From Octopus vulgaris (taxonomy: Eukaryota), in the NCBI GenBank assembly GCA_951406725.2, contig OX597815.1, positions 109,678,001 to 109,742,000 on the forward strand: 64,000 nucleotides of DNA, given 5' to 3'. The translations under genes and the position numbers were made by a program. This document shows positions 26,967 through 41,009 of this stretch, piece after piece; the first letter of the stretch is position 1; every line of letters begins with the position of its first letter. Under the pieces are notes generated by a model, which made no database searches, was not told the DNA's origin, and worked only from the letters and a program-made list of their open reading frames with translations.

Positions 26967-27440
26967 GTGTGGATGTGTGGATGTGCGTGTGCTACATATA
27001 CATATGTTACATATAAGCATACATACATATCTATCTGAACACATACACATGTGCATCCCTTGCTCCTGTCTCACATCCTTAACCACTCGTTTTCTGTCAA
27101 TGTACCGCATATTTTATAATTTATGGCATATAATATTTATTCACTTCTCGTTTTCCCAACTCTTTTCCAACACAACCACAAACGCCACCACCGGCGCAAT
27201 CGTCACCGTATCCAACACCAACAGCCGCCGTCACCACCACCACATACATTACCATTAAAAGAAGCTCCACCACCGCTACCACCGCCATCATAATCATCAG
27301 GCTTATCATTCTTCTAGAACTTCATCCACTCCAGCAAATCTTTCACTCTAACAATGAAACTCATTTTTTCCACTTATGCTTCACTTACGTTGAGGTTAAT
27401 TTTGTGTATTCTCTTATTTTTCTTACTTTACATGCATATA

Positions 27441-27502
<62 letters not shown>

Positions 27503-27539
27503 GAAACATACATACATGCATGCATGCATACATACATAT

Positions 27540-27576
<37 letters not shown>

Positions 27577-27651
27577 AATTTTTGTACATGAATATGAGTA
27601 TGGATATATGTGTACGTGTATGTATGTGTATACATATGCATACATATATCC

Positions 27652-27694
<43 letters not shown>

Positions 27695-27940
27695 TATGCA
27701 TATACATATGCATGTGTGTATATATGCATAATGCATATAAAATTGTGTTCATATATACATACGTATATATATATATATAAATATATGATTGCATATGTAT
27801 ATATATATATATTCATACATACACACATACATACATATATGCATTCTTGCACCACGTATATATATAATATATATGCATATACACATATAGATAAACACAC
27901 ATCTACATAAGTACATACATAACTACAAGCGCACACGTAC

Positions 27941-27991
<51 letters not shown>

Positions 27992-28759
27992 CATTAATCT
28001 TTCTCTCTCGCAATTATTCTTTCCTTTGTGTCATTTATCCCTCTTCTCTTTCACTTTTCTATCTTTCTATCTATCTACCGCACTCTCTCTTTTTCTCTCT
28101 CCCTCTCTATCTCTATCTATCTATCTCTATCTCACTTTCTTTCTACGTCTTCTTGCATCGTTAGTGATGGCTGATTTCTTTACACATAACCAATTTTGTA
28201 ACAAACTGTTATCTTGCAAAACGGCCATAAAAATACGCTCGATGTCAAGCAAGATGTGTTCATCAAATGGCTATACATTCACTTTTTTAACACACATTGA
28301 AATACTTAGAAGAAAGTAATTTCTGTTCCATTTGCGTGTAGTCATGAGGATAAGATAGATTATGCTCCACCTTCCATTCTCTCCCACATTTCTCCCGCTT
28401 CCTCTCACACTCACTCTTCCTTGTATGGTAAATTCTTCAGAACAACGAATTTCCTTCTTCCTTGTTCCTTTGCTTTCTTGCTCGAGAAAATATTTTGTTC
28501 TCTTCCATAATTCTATGGAGTTTTAAAAAAAAATTATAGATGGAGATAACAAGTCTCAATTTAAGGACTTTGAAGTAATATTATCAAGGGATAGCTTTAC
28601 TATGTGTGTTTATTTTCTATGGATGTTCTCAATACAATACTGGGGAATCAGTGTCTTAGGAGAGAATTATAAAAGTATTTATCAGTATATGAATATATAC
28701 ATACATACGTGCATAAATACATATATACATATATAAGAATATATATATGTATATATGTA

Positions 28760-28823
<64 letters not shown>

Positions 28824-28888
28824 TACATATATATATTCATATATATGTATATATGTATTTATGCACGTATGTATATATTCATATACTG

Positions 28889-29009
<121 letters not shown>

Positions 29010-29029
29010 CACACACATAATTATATACA

Positions 29030-29061
<32 letters not shown>

Positions 29062-29211
29062 CGCGCATCTGTGCATGAGTGTGGACGCATTTATATATTC
29101 ATGTATCTCTCTATATGAATATGCAATGAGTCTGTTTTTTGCCCAAATATTTATTGAAGCAAAATTTTGAGATATTGTATATTGAATTTCTCTAGATTAT
29201 TATTATTACTA

Positions 29212-29280
<69 letters not shown>

Positions 29281-29281
<1 letters not shown>

Positions 29282-29470
29282 GCCGAACAAAATGCTTAGC
29301 AACATTTCGTCCGTCTTTACGTTCTGAGTTCAAATTCTGCCGCGATCGACTTTGCTTTTCATCCTTTCGGAGTTGATAAATTAAGTACCTGTTGAGTACT
29401 GGGTCGATGTAATGAACTAGTTCCCTCACCCCCAAAATTTCACGCCTTGTGCCTATAGTAGAAAGGATTA
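29281..29470 (+). mobile_element. SINE family B flanked by (ATT)n on both sides
   Basis: cgccgaacaaaatgcttagc...ctgagttcaaattctgccgcgatcgactttgcttttcatcctttcggagttgataaattaagtacc...gccttgtgcctatagtagaaaggattatt. Confidence 0.9.
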
Positions 29471-29532
29471 TTATGAGTGGAAAGGATTATCATCATCATC
29501 ATCATCATCATCATCATTATTATTATTATTAA

Positions 29533-29587
<55 letters not shown>

Positions 29588-30110
29588 GTTATTATTATTA
29601 TTATGTCATCAGAATAATTTTTTGTTTCATCCAGTTTAATATGATCGATTCCATTAACAAACTTCTTGTTACGTAGATAAGTATTAAGTTTAATGAAAGG
29701 TTGCCTCCAATGTTGACTGTCAGTAAGTAACAAACTAACGGAAAATATTACCGACATTTTATCCGTCGACCACACGACCTTATTGAATCAAATCTAAGAA
29801 CCCTTTCTTAAAAATTCTCGGCATTTTACGTTGATTGTAGAGCCAAACTGTTGTTCTGTCTAACACCATGATGTTGCTCATAAGTATATTCACTGATGCC
29901 CACTCTGTTGCAATCATTCTAATCAGGACTCCCGTTCACAGATAAATAATTCTATTGAGGGACTTTTCTAGCCACACTGACGCGCAATGATGGGTTTTCA
30001 TTCTCTTTCTTTTGCAAAAAGAATGTGCTCTGGTCTAATAAATCTTTCTAAAACATCATGCGAATAACAACATCAACAGCTACAAAAATAACATCAGCAA
30101 CAACAACAAC

Positions 30111-30154
<44 letters not shown>

Positions 30155-31243
30155 GAGTCAAAATTAAACGAAGAGTGCCATTGCTATCAGGTGAACGATA
30201 CTTCGACATCTTGTGTGTGTTCAACAGGTTCAAAAAATAATTTTGTCAATCTATTTCATGACAATGACACTCTTTTCATTTTGACTATATATCTTCTGAA
30301 GGAGTTACCTCAATCCTTTATATATTAATTGATTAATTAATTAATTAATCAATTAATAATAATAATAATAAGAAGAAGAAGAAGAAGAATAAGCAGTTGA
30401 ATTTTAGAATCTTGCATGAGGTCACCATAATGATTAATGTATATGTATATTAGTTACATTGTTAAAAACGCACATTGGCATATAGACCGTTGATAATTAA
30501 ATCCTGCGACGCATACACACGCACATACATACATACATACACGGTTCATAAGGAACATTAACAGAATGAGTCTCACCGGTCTACGAAGACAAGAATACAC
30601 CATGGACCCTTGTCCCCCATCTAGATACAGCAGGTTATACATAACTGATAAAAACGAGAAAGTTGAAACTTAGGGGTAGCTATCAAACTCTTCCTTGTAA
30701 AAGTTAATAAACATATACTCTACTAAAATATAATCCATTTGTTTTATAGATACGTTTTATATATGTGCACGAGTGTGTGTGTTTGTGTGTATGTGTGTGT
30801 GTCTTTGTGTGTGTGTGTAGATGTATTGTTATGATACGCAATATAGACAACACTGATTTTGTACCACTGCCTGCGTTAACACAGACTCACCCCCCACACA
30901 CACATACGCACACTCACAATCATACACACAATCACAACACATATTCGTACATAAATACACAAATGTAACATCTACGACAGACTTCCCTGCTGTTTCCATC
31001 TACATTTTATTTAAAAGGCGTTGTTCAATTAGAAACTATGAGAAAAAATATTTGCCCAAGCTCTGCGTAATGCAGTTGAACCAGGAAGTATATGATTGCG
31101 ACGCGAAATTGAGAAACTGCCAGCGCCAGTATAAATCTATAGGCATGACACATATCTACTTGTGTATACGTAAGGGGATGAGGAATGTAATTCCTCGACT
31201 CGCTGCCGTTCTGATAATTCATATTTTAATTTACAATATATCT

Positions 31244-31445
31244 GGCGGCGAGCTGGCAGAATCGTTAGCACACTGGACAAAACGCTTAACTGCATTTCCT
31301 CCGGCTTCAAGTTCCAAGGTAAAATTCTGCCGAAGTGGGCTTTGCCTTTCTTCCTTTCGGAGTCTATAAAATAAATATCAGTTGAGTCTCGAGTTTAATG
31401 TAATCGACTAGAGCTCTTAATTAAAATTTCACGCCTTGTGCCCAT
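31244..31445 (+). mobile_element. SINE family B, near full length
   Basis: ggcggcgagctggcagaatcgttagcac...ctttgcctttcttcctttcggagtctataaaataaatatcagttgag. Confidence 0.85.
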
Positions 31446-32639
31446 ATCTATCTATTTGTCTATCCATCGATTTATCTATTGCCAACTAAGTTCTCTCTCA
31501 CAATCTTTTCCACATGTTCTCGTTCCTCTTTTTCCCTGTCTGTCTGTCTATCTGTCTATTTTCTTCCCATCTCTCTCTCTCTCCCTTTCTCCCCCCTCTC
31601 TCTCAATGCGTATGTATGTTTATACACTCACACACACTCACACACACACAAACATATATTTATGCATATTTATGCTCTCCGAATGCGTGAGTGTGTTCTG
31701 AATATTTCTGGCATCTGTATATGTGAAAATCAATACAACATACCATGAACATAACACATTAAATGGACAAAGTTAAAATGTATATTTTCAATGCGAATAG
31801 AGGGTGTTTTACTATGTTAAATTGGAAAACAAATGTATTAATAGTTACTCGCAAATTACAACCTTGAAAGAGACTCGTTTTGTTGTTAAACGTATTTTAC
31901 TGATAGTTTTACATAATCTCCTTGTAATGTGCTGTTTTTGAGGAATCATTTAACAATCATTGAAATTAGGAAGCTTCAGCTGAAAGAGTTCTCTTTCATA
32001 GCAGAATAAACGATTGGATTAGCTTTAACCATTATTATCATTATGTATGCCAGTGAAACTATCCTCTTTATTTAATCCGTTAAACTCTTATATCCAAAAT
32101 GCTTGGACTCGTGCATATGATCAAAAAAGTCATCATTAAAATTATTATTATGATTGTTGTTGTTGTTGTTGTTATCGCCATCGTTGCTGCTGCTGCTTCT
32201 GTCGTTGTTTAGCGCCGAAGCGGGACTTGTTTAGGAAGTTCCGAGAGTTTGTACTTTGTTTTCCTTACTAGAAGTTGTTTTACCGTTGATTATAAATGCT
32301 TTATCTTATTTCTTAGTTGTCCAGAACTATAAGGGGCTGATTAATTGCTATTGCTACACATACAACCGGGCAAAATTTAAAGGAGGGATTTTTTCCAGAG
32401 AAAGATATATAAAAAAAAGACAATTTCAAAAAGGTCTCATCCTCGTGGCCGATCCAAGAAGAGGAACGTGGGACAAGCTTTCGAAGACGGAACCTTCTTT
32501 CGCTTTCAACCCCTCCTACACAATTCATAAGGCATAATTAAGATAACCAGTAGCTATATCAGTAACAACAATAACAACTGTTGCAGCAACAGCAGCAGCA
32601 GCAATAAAACCGTAGCAATAGCAAGAACGCACGGATTTC

Positions 32640-34300
32640 GTGAATGTGCCAATGTGGACATGGAAAGACCTAATCGGGACATCTAGATCGTACCAAGATA
32701 GACTATTTTGTAGGCCAGTAAGTAAGGTTAGCATAGGTTGCCTATGATTTCTAACCGTTCGCTACACAGACCACAAATCTAGAATTTCTTCGGTCAACCT
32801 AGATAGGCCGAGACCCGGCTACAGAAAGCTGAACGCGTCGTTTTCAGTGTGCCAAACTTACAGAGACTGGATTAGATAAGCAGGCATTCAGAGAAGCAAT
32901 GATGAACAGCAAATAGTAATTTGTCCTGAAAAGGATGCTTAGAGTAAAATGGGTTAGGATTAGTAAGAATGTAGTTTTGGAGAAAACTGAAATAGAATGA
33001 GATTTTGTTAGAAACTTAGAATTGACGTTTAGGAAAGACATCGCTACCGAGGTGCCCGTGGTGAGATTCAGCGGAGGCACTGCTAATAAAGGGCTTAAAC
33101 AAGGGAAATAACATTAAAAACTCTATGTCCAAAACTGTGTTAAACGCAGATTTCAAAATGTTGGCCAAGGCCGTTCATGATCTGATTAGTGATGTACAAA
33201 TATGCGCCATTTCGAGCAGGTTTATCTACAAAATCCTCATAGACGGTGTAGGTAAAGAACCTGGTATGGGTGCGGTCCTGAGCAATTTAGATAGGCTTTC
33301 AATGGTATCGACTGCTAATACTTAGCGGCTAGATTCGGTCCCCTATTCCACATTTGTATTGTTGCAATGCACACCGACATCTGCTCGGTGGTTCGGTTGA
33401 ATGGCCACCTATGAGAACCATTCAGTAGTCTGCGCTCGGTTTGTCAATTTTTCTCCTTGTCTCTTCTGTATGTGCAGATTCTTGAGTTATTACTGCGGAA
33501 ACTTTAAATGTTAAGGGTCAACGCTCATAAACTTGTACGTGGGAGAATCGTGTCAGTATACGCGGACTATGTCACAGTCATAGTGTTGGACACAGATCTT
33601 CTCAGCACTACTAATACTAATCGGCGACAGGAACAGAATTCAATTAAGAAAAGTCAGTAGGCCTGCAACACTGGACGGACGTACTGACGGACCGGTTAAA
33701 GTGCTTGGAGTATGCTTTGGTCCAAATTTCGAAGAGGAGGAGATATGAGATGCGGTGACGAGCAGAGTAGCTAATCTCACCCATAAATGGGCCGAAAGAC
33801 AATTATCCCTGAAAGGTCGAGCAGAGGTTGCGAACGCATATATCATCTCTTTCCTATAGCTCCGCCTTCCTCAATTCACGTCTGACCAGATTCGAGTGCT
33901 CACTCTTCTACTTTCTGTGGAATGGGCGCGCTCCACTGATTAGGCATTCCATTTGTGGTTAGAACCGCTGAATGGAGGACTGAGCAAGTATATTGTGGTT
34001 GATGACACGCACACGTGCGCTGAGGTTGCGATATTTCCAGTGTTTCCTTGATGGTGATCAGGTTTGGACACACCATTTTACAGGGTCACGTTTCTAGCCA
34101 CAGTCCTGGATAAAGCGTATCAAGGCGCCAGGCACAGAGTGTTATCAAGCGCTCTCACTCTTCTGCCAGACGAGCAATGCAGATATTGGAACCTCACTTT
34201 GACGTTCTATAGAAGTTTAGTGGTGAGCAGAGCGACGACGTTCTCGGGGAGTCCGTGTACGTCGACAAGAACCAACGGGCTAGTCCAAACCTCCGAGCTT
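32640..34300 (+). mobile_element. Degenerate L1/Tx1-clade LINE ORF2 (APE endonuclease end and RT), internally deleted
   Basis: Ordered motifs: MWTW..SRSYQDRLF, YTDHK, PGYRKLNAS, TVLNADFKMLAK, QICAISSR, SVYADYVTV (YADD), VLGVCFG, KWAERQLSLKGRAEVANAYI, FYFLWNG, PLNGGL. Confidence 0.9.
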
Positions 34301-34523
34301 GTAATGAGTATCAATAATTGAGTATCAATAATTGAATCACACTGGATTGTAAAATCCCCAATAGGTGCTTATTATCATTGGTGACACATTCTACCTTATG
34401 CTCGTACCACTTCAATGTTCTTTCAAGACACTGCTTCTCTATTATTCTCTACTTCAAGACCCTAATCTCTATTATTATTATTATCATTGTTATTATTATA
34501 ATTATTATTATTATTATTATTAT

Positions 34524-34593
<70 letters not shown>

Positions 34594-34596
34594 TAT

Positions 34597-34885
34597 GTGG
34601 CGAGCAGGCAGAATCATTACCACGCCGGACGAAATGCTTAGATATATTTCGTCCGTCCTTACGTTCTGTGTTCAAATTCATTCGAGGTCTACCTTGCCTT
34701 TCATTCTGTCATTGCTATTATTGGTAGAATCGTTATGAGCATCCGATTGATAATATGCTTTGTGGTATTTCTTCGAGCAGAATTTCTTTCAGCGTCGATA
34801 AAATAATGTACCAAAACTGAGCTGGGAATAGGTGTATGGACAAAACCCTGACCCTCAAATTTATTGGCCTTATATACAAATCAGA
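34597..34885 (+). mobile_element. Two partial SINE family B copies after an (ATT)n(AGT)n run
   Basis: tggcgagcaggcagaatcatt..gaaatgcttag..gttcaaattcattcgaggtctaccttgcctttcat; second copy tagaatcgtta..gtcgataaaataatgtacc. Confidence 0.7.
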
Positions 34886-35418
34886 ATACATTGCTTGTTA
34901 TTATTAAATTTAAATGTGATAGAAGTGCTTTTAATAGCTCGAAAGTGTCTCGAAATGTATCATATTTCCATTTCTATTGATTATTTATTTCTGTGTTGCA
35001 TGGAGTCATTACACTGGAGAGTGAGGTGTCACGTGTTTCCCTGGAGGTCAAAATGACAATGCAGTTCTGTTTATACTGTTTCGCAGTTTAAAATAATACT
35101 TGTAAACATAGCATCCACTGAAATGAGAGACGCAAATGGCGCACACAAAGTTCGTAACAACATATATACATTCACTGAAAATACACTCATATAATAAAAT
35201 ATATATTAAAAAAATATTAAATAACACTTTCACTTGCATATTATGTGCAAAAATAAATATTTGCACATTTAAAAACTCCAGTAACGTTGGAAAATTTTTC
35301 ATAGATTATTTGCAAGCGTAGTTATCTGAGAGAAACAGGTCAACTCTTGGACAAAAATGTATGGAAAAAGTGTACGCCTTCTAACTCGATGAATCGAGTA
35401 ATGAGTAAAGTAACGCAT

Positions 35419-35741
35419 AAAGACCCCCTTTGGTCATGAATGACTATGGGATTTCGCCTAGAAGGTTGCCCTCCGAGGCACAAGTCAGAGCAAGGTTGTT
35501 TATGGAAGACCAGCAGTCGCCCATGCATACTAGTTTCCCTTCTCCATGCCACAGATGTTATCCAAGGGAAAGGCAAAGGCCGAAACAGCTTGGTACCAGT
35601 GACGTCGTAACTCATTACTACAGCTGAGTGAACTGCAGCAAAGTGAATAAAGTGTGTTCAAGAACGCAACACGCAGCCCGGTCTGGGAATCGATCTCACT
35701 ACCTCATGATTGTGAGCCCGTCGCTCTAATCTCTGAGCCAT
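35419..35741 (-). mobile_element. tRNA-derived SINE family C, near full length
   Basis: Minus strand has A-box TGGCTCAGAGATTAG and B-box GAGATCGATTCCC, then gttcactcagctgtag..atgagtt; high similarity to 42620-42915. Confidence 0.85.
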
Positions 35742-35879
35742 CATAGTACTATCTTGCTAAAAATTAGATGAGGCTTCTATACGCACATAAAAGAACAGTT
35801 AGCTTAAAACTTTGCCGGTGTGTGGAGTGAATGAAGCTCTGCCCATTAGTTGAAGCATATAAGAGCACATGACTCGTCT

Positions 35880-36400
35880 TTAAAACCGATTAAAAGGAGA
35901 GGATATAAGCAAATTTGTTGCGGCATACACCCATAAGATGGTTTCGTGGTATTTAATATTAACTGGAAAATATTGTCACATGTACAACCATACAAAGGAA
36001 GTAACACATCCTACAAACTTTGTACCATTAATTTCTACCACCTTCTCAAATTTAGGAATCAAATACCGAAACGAAACCTTGAATTAGTCTCTCTCAGCAA
36101 ACACAATACGTTCAAAACACTAAGACATTTTAAAAACTAATAATTCTTTATCTAATGGCTAAATATGTCAATACTTCACCAACATTTTCCACCCCATCGA
36201 CACAAAGTACTTCCTTGACATACATAAACACTAACATTAGAGCGTTCCACTAATCAAGTACTTTATATATAGTCTAACAGTTCACAGGCTTTGAACAAAA
36301 ATATTCACAAAAATTCACTAATGTATCTATGTGTGTGTTGGGATGGCACATCAACCCTCAGTCGCAAGCTATTATGATTTGAAATCACGAACCATAATTT
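35880..36400 (+). mobile_element. Penelope-like element remnant: GIY-YIG C-terminus plus downstream pLTR-like sequence
   Basis: ORF 35946-36140 FNINWKILSHVQPYKGSNTSYKLCTINFYHLL...RNLELVSLSKH fits the PLE pattern I.W.IL...PY....C.LC..E...I....LN.R.E...C.H. Confidence 0.65.
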
Positions 36401-36779
36401 CCCTAATTAATTTAGGTGCTTATATAGTATTGAGAGCAAACACTGGTACCCATTCAGCTCAGTGTGTATATGTGTGCGTGCGTGTGTATGTGTGAGTGTG
36501 TAAGTGCACGTGCGCGAAGTGTGCATTTGTGTGTGTGCGCGTGCGCGTAATTGTCTTTGAAGATAAATATTGAATAAGACTGCAACAGTTTGCAAATATT
36601 GTTTTATTGCTGTTTGGTCTCATGTTTTCGTTTTTATATATAGGTTGCGTTCAAGTAGTGGCTGTTAAAAAGTAAGAATTTTACATATGCACACATACAT
36701 ACATATACACTCACTCACACATATACGAACTCAAACGCGCATAGTACATATACAACAATCGTAAAAGTAGTAGTAGTAA

Positions 36780-36854
<75 letters not shown>

Positions 36855-36918
36855 TAGTAGCAGCAGCAGCAGCGTTGCTATTGTCCTAATAAGAGAGATC
36901 TGTGCGCGCACTCGGGTG

Positions 36919-36973
<55 letters not shown>

Positions 36974-37424
36974 TGTGTGTCTGATGCGCGTACACATCCA
37001 CAAACATATACGCATATAAACACAGACGAACGCAAATGATTGGAGGAAAAATAGTGGAAGAAAAAATATTAGAGGAACAATAAATAATTAAATGAACAAA
37101 ATAAATCTCTAACAAAAAACTACTACTACTACTACTACTACTACTTAGCTAGTAACCATGTCTTGGCAAGAACGTTACTACCTCACAGTACTGCTGTCTG
37201 CTGGCGTGGTTCCAGTAAAATAAAGTTCTTCCGCCAAAATGAGATTGTGAGTTTTGGCCGTCGTTGTACAAAATTGGCTCCTTACACTAATGGAAAATGG
37301 TTAATTCGTATCAGAGGAAATGTCGCCATTGCTATATAATCAACTCAGTGTTCACAGAGGAAATTTCATGTCACACACATCGCATCCGTTCTTACACACA
37401 CACTCGCAAACACACACCAACACA

Positions 37425-37472
<48 letters not shown>

Positions 37473-37838
37473 CAAACACACAGCGGGAGAGGCATACACA
37501 CTCACACGTACATATAATATATTCACACGCAAATATATATGCATTACAGCATTCTCACACACAGGTGTGTATACGTGCAAATTGAGGATTCATCTACATA
37601 CGTTCTCAACGCATTTATGTGCCATTCGTTATTTTACACACCTTGAAATTCATTCATTCATTAATTCCTTCATTCATGTATTGCATACTTCACTGTATAG
37701 TGACATTTCAGTTTTTCCTGGAATTCGAAGTACGCCGAGGTTGACTTTACCCTTCATTTTCCGGTGATTGATAACGTGAGAAGTAGTAGTGTGTAGGAAT
37801 CGATATGGTAGGCAATGCCACTGGCTCCTTTAGAATTA

Positions 37839-38348
37839 CCGTAAATCCTCGAGTATAATCCGCATTTTTAACCAAAATTTAAAGGTCAAAATCCCTAGTG
37901 CGTTCTATATACGAGGTTAAAAATGAAAAATATTTTCTAGCAATGTCCGAGTCTCTATTTGCTGTCCGGCAATATTTATTCAGACGCATTTTGTGATGTC
38001 GGGCGCGAAAATACCTTAAGCTAAACTTGAAAGCAATGAAGTCATAAAAGCGTCATCCATAACTTGCGGTAAGCAACATTTATTAAACGTTATTACTGTT
38101 ATTTCTTTATTTCCTGCAAACAAAATGCACAATAAAGCTACATGTTTGCATTATGTTATATATACAATAATAATAAAGGACGATATCATATACATTTTTA
38201 CAAACCAAGAACGTTATATAGACCTCCTTGACTCAAGTTAGAGAAGGGGTGCGTATTATACACAAGGTTTAGGTTTTTCAGAGGTACAGCCCCCTAAAAA
38301 TCCCCTGCGTATTATACTCAAGGCTGGACTATACTTGAGGATTTACGG
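37839..38348. mobile_element. pogo/Tigger-like MITE, 510 bp, TA TSD
   Basis: TA|CCGTAAATCCTCGAGTATA ... TATACTTGAGGATTTACGG|TA; subterminal repeats tgcgtattatac. Confidence 0.92.
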
Positions 38349-38694
38349 TAGTGTATAAATACACACAATGTGAACGCAAGTACACTCCCGGTTATGCGCG
38401 CGTGTGTGTGTGTGTGTGTTCTTCTACATGCTACAGTCTTTAGATTGCGACCGGGTTGGGGCACCGCCTTGGAGAATTTAAATCGAATAGATCGACTCCA
38501 TTACATTCATAAGCCTGGTACTTATTCTATCTGTCTCTTCGCCAAACAGATAATGCTACGGGACTTATAAACGCCAACAACAGTTGTCAAGCGGTGGTGA
38601 CTCACATATGCACGCACACACACACACATACACACACACACACACACATACACACATACACACATATCTATTTATCTCTCTATCTATCAATTTA

Positions 38695-38775
<81 letters not shown>

Positions 38776-38789
38776 GTGTGTGTGTGCGT

Positions 38790-38999
38790 ATAGTTAATCC
38801 AAACATGAAAACACAAAGAGAAAACACAACAACGCGAGGACGTGGAACAAGTATAGTGTTATTGGATGTTCAGGAAAGGAAAGAAATAAGGAGGATTTAA
38901 CGTTTCGAGCGGAGCTCTTCGTCAGAAACATAGAAAAAGGAAAGATCCAAAGAAGGGAAGACGGAGGAAAAAATCGCCAACGATGCACACGCGGTAACG
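38790..38999 (-). mobile_element. ~210-bp non-coding hammerhead-containing element (Penelope-derived / retrozyme-like)
   Basis: Contains the motif at 38896-38928; partial paralog at 17833; same layout as the 16541/50881 family. Confidence 0.7.
38896..38928 (-). ncRNA. Minimal type-I hammerhead ribozyme motif
   Basis: UUU-CUGACGA-A-GAGC-ucc-GCUC-GAAAC-GUU-AAA: intact CUGANGA and GAAA cores, 4-bp stem II, palindromic ACGU stem III, UUU/AAA stem I. Confidence 0.7.
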
Positions 39000-39589
39000 C
39001 GACGGGCTTCTTTCAGTCTCCGTCAAACAAATCCACTCATTGGGCTTTAGAAGACCCGAGGCTAGAGTAGAAGTTATCTACCCAAGGCACCACGCAGTGG
39101 GATTAAACCTGGAACCATGTGGTTGGGAAGCAAGCTTCTTACCATACACCTATTCCGGCACCTAGGCAAAACGCTTTTGATAATTGTTCCGGGTTTAAGT
39201 TTTCAGCTCAAATCCCTTTGTCCTGTAGTCCTCCCTTTCATCTTCGCGGGATAAATAAAATATCAGTCGAGTGCTGGAGTCGATCTGCACCAGTATGCAG
39301 TATGTTAATCATGATACATTAGGTTCCAAATTTCACCCTTCATCGGGCTTATACGACAGGACAGGTAACCCACCGCTAGGAGTACACTGTTATCACGTAA
39401 ATATTATTGATATTATTAATCTGCATCGCCAAAGCACAACACATACCCACATCCTGTCATATACACACACACTAACTAAAAGCGGACACCTGTAGAGAAA
39501 GATGTTAACGCAAAAGACAGAGTTCTTTTACTAGAAAAGGATGGATTATATTAAAAATCATATATGTATATAATTTATTTACACACTCT

Positions 39590-39645
<56 letters not shown>

Positions 39646-40526
39646 AGCAAAAAGCATACACACACATATCCTTGTTTACATTTCTCTACGAATAATATAG
39701 ATGTATATACGTATGTATATTTATATACCGTAAACCTAATTCAGATATAGAATGTTTTCGTATTAAAATATGCATTTACGCACATGAAATTGAATATGTA
39801 CATAGATGCATAGATACATACAGACATGGATATATACATACATGTAATTTTGTATAAATATATCCACTGTACATTATCTTATAGAGTAAATTCCATGCAC
39901 ACATAAACGCACATAGATAAATGTATACCTAATACACAAAAATATTGATAAACATAATGAGATTTGATAAGGATACAAAATGTAGCAGATTGTTGTAATT
40001 TAAATTTATCTATGAGCATCATCGTTCGCGCGTGTTCATATACAGTTCTGGAGATACACAAATCCATATTTCACTCAGATATATGAATATATGCACTTCA
40101 AGCACAACACACATACACGTATGTACGTACGTATGTATGTATGAATGTATGTATGTAGTACAATATGTTATCACGTGCATTGTGGTGCACATTGCAGTTG
40201 ATAATGATCGGGTTTTTCGGCAATTGAACTAGTAATCCATCAAGCTTGTTTGGCTGAGAGTGTGGTGGTTGGACGCCCCCTTTATTATGTAAGACAAAAA
40301 CTGTGAAAAGAGATAAAGAAACATGGAAGAGTCAAAGGCCATTCAGAACCGACAGTTACTCTGTGGAATCACCTCAATTGTGGACCACACAATGACTGTA
40401 GAATAAGCATGTCTTAGACTGTCCTTGCGCTCTTTGCGAACGCGAGCTCACTCAGCGAGTACTCTTAATATTCGCAAAAACTCTTAGGATGTAAATATTT
40501 TTTACGTAATCTTGTCCTGATGTGGT

Positions 40527-40557
<31 letters not shown>

Positions 40558-40657
40558 AAACATACACAAACACATCGCATATATACATACATATGTTATG
40601 TATGTATGTATATGTATATTTATACTTATATGTACATATATATAATATAAATATATG

Positions 40658-40689
<32 letters not shown>

Positions 40690-41009
40690 TACACACATAT
40701 ATATATACATCATATATATTTTTTATATAAACTTGTATATATGATATGCATATATGTGAGATGAAGCAGGCGACTAATGGTAGCCTGTATCAGGCATACT
40801 TGTAATATGGAGCAAAATTCAACACCAAAGGAACAGTGAAATTATTATTGCGTGAAAAACTCCAACGTTTGTGCAAAGTAAAGTTGACAGGAGATGATTG
40901 CCAGTGTGACAGCCGAGTTTTACATCTATATTTGAGAAACTGGCTGCAACTGATGGGGAACGCAAGAAAGCATCTTCTGTTTTATTCCTAACCTAAGGAA
41001 TCTGTATAC

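Larger units (their letters stand above)
38420..39162 (-). mobile_element. SINE family A copy (tail 38420-38602, head 39000-39162), interrupted in its internal microsatellite
   Basis: Tail and head parts are in the correct order and orientation around the microsatellite and the 38790-38999 insert. Confidence 0.8.

Noticed and set aside
30644-30680. CTGATAA-AAAC-gagaaa-GTT-GAAAC as a hammerhead
   Set aside because: Core substitution, weak 3-bp stem and no cleavage triplet; too degenerate to call.
32256-32537. 93-aa ORF as a host gene
   Set aside because: No recognisable domain; lies just upstream of the Tx1-like LINE and may be its decayed ORF1.
35680-35741. tRNA-like A/B boxes (also at 5150-5218, 31244 and 48700)
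   Set aside because: These are SINE heads continuing into SINE bodies; no complete cloverleaf.
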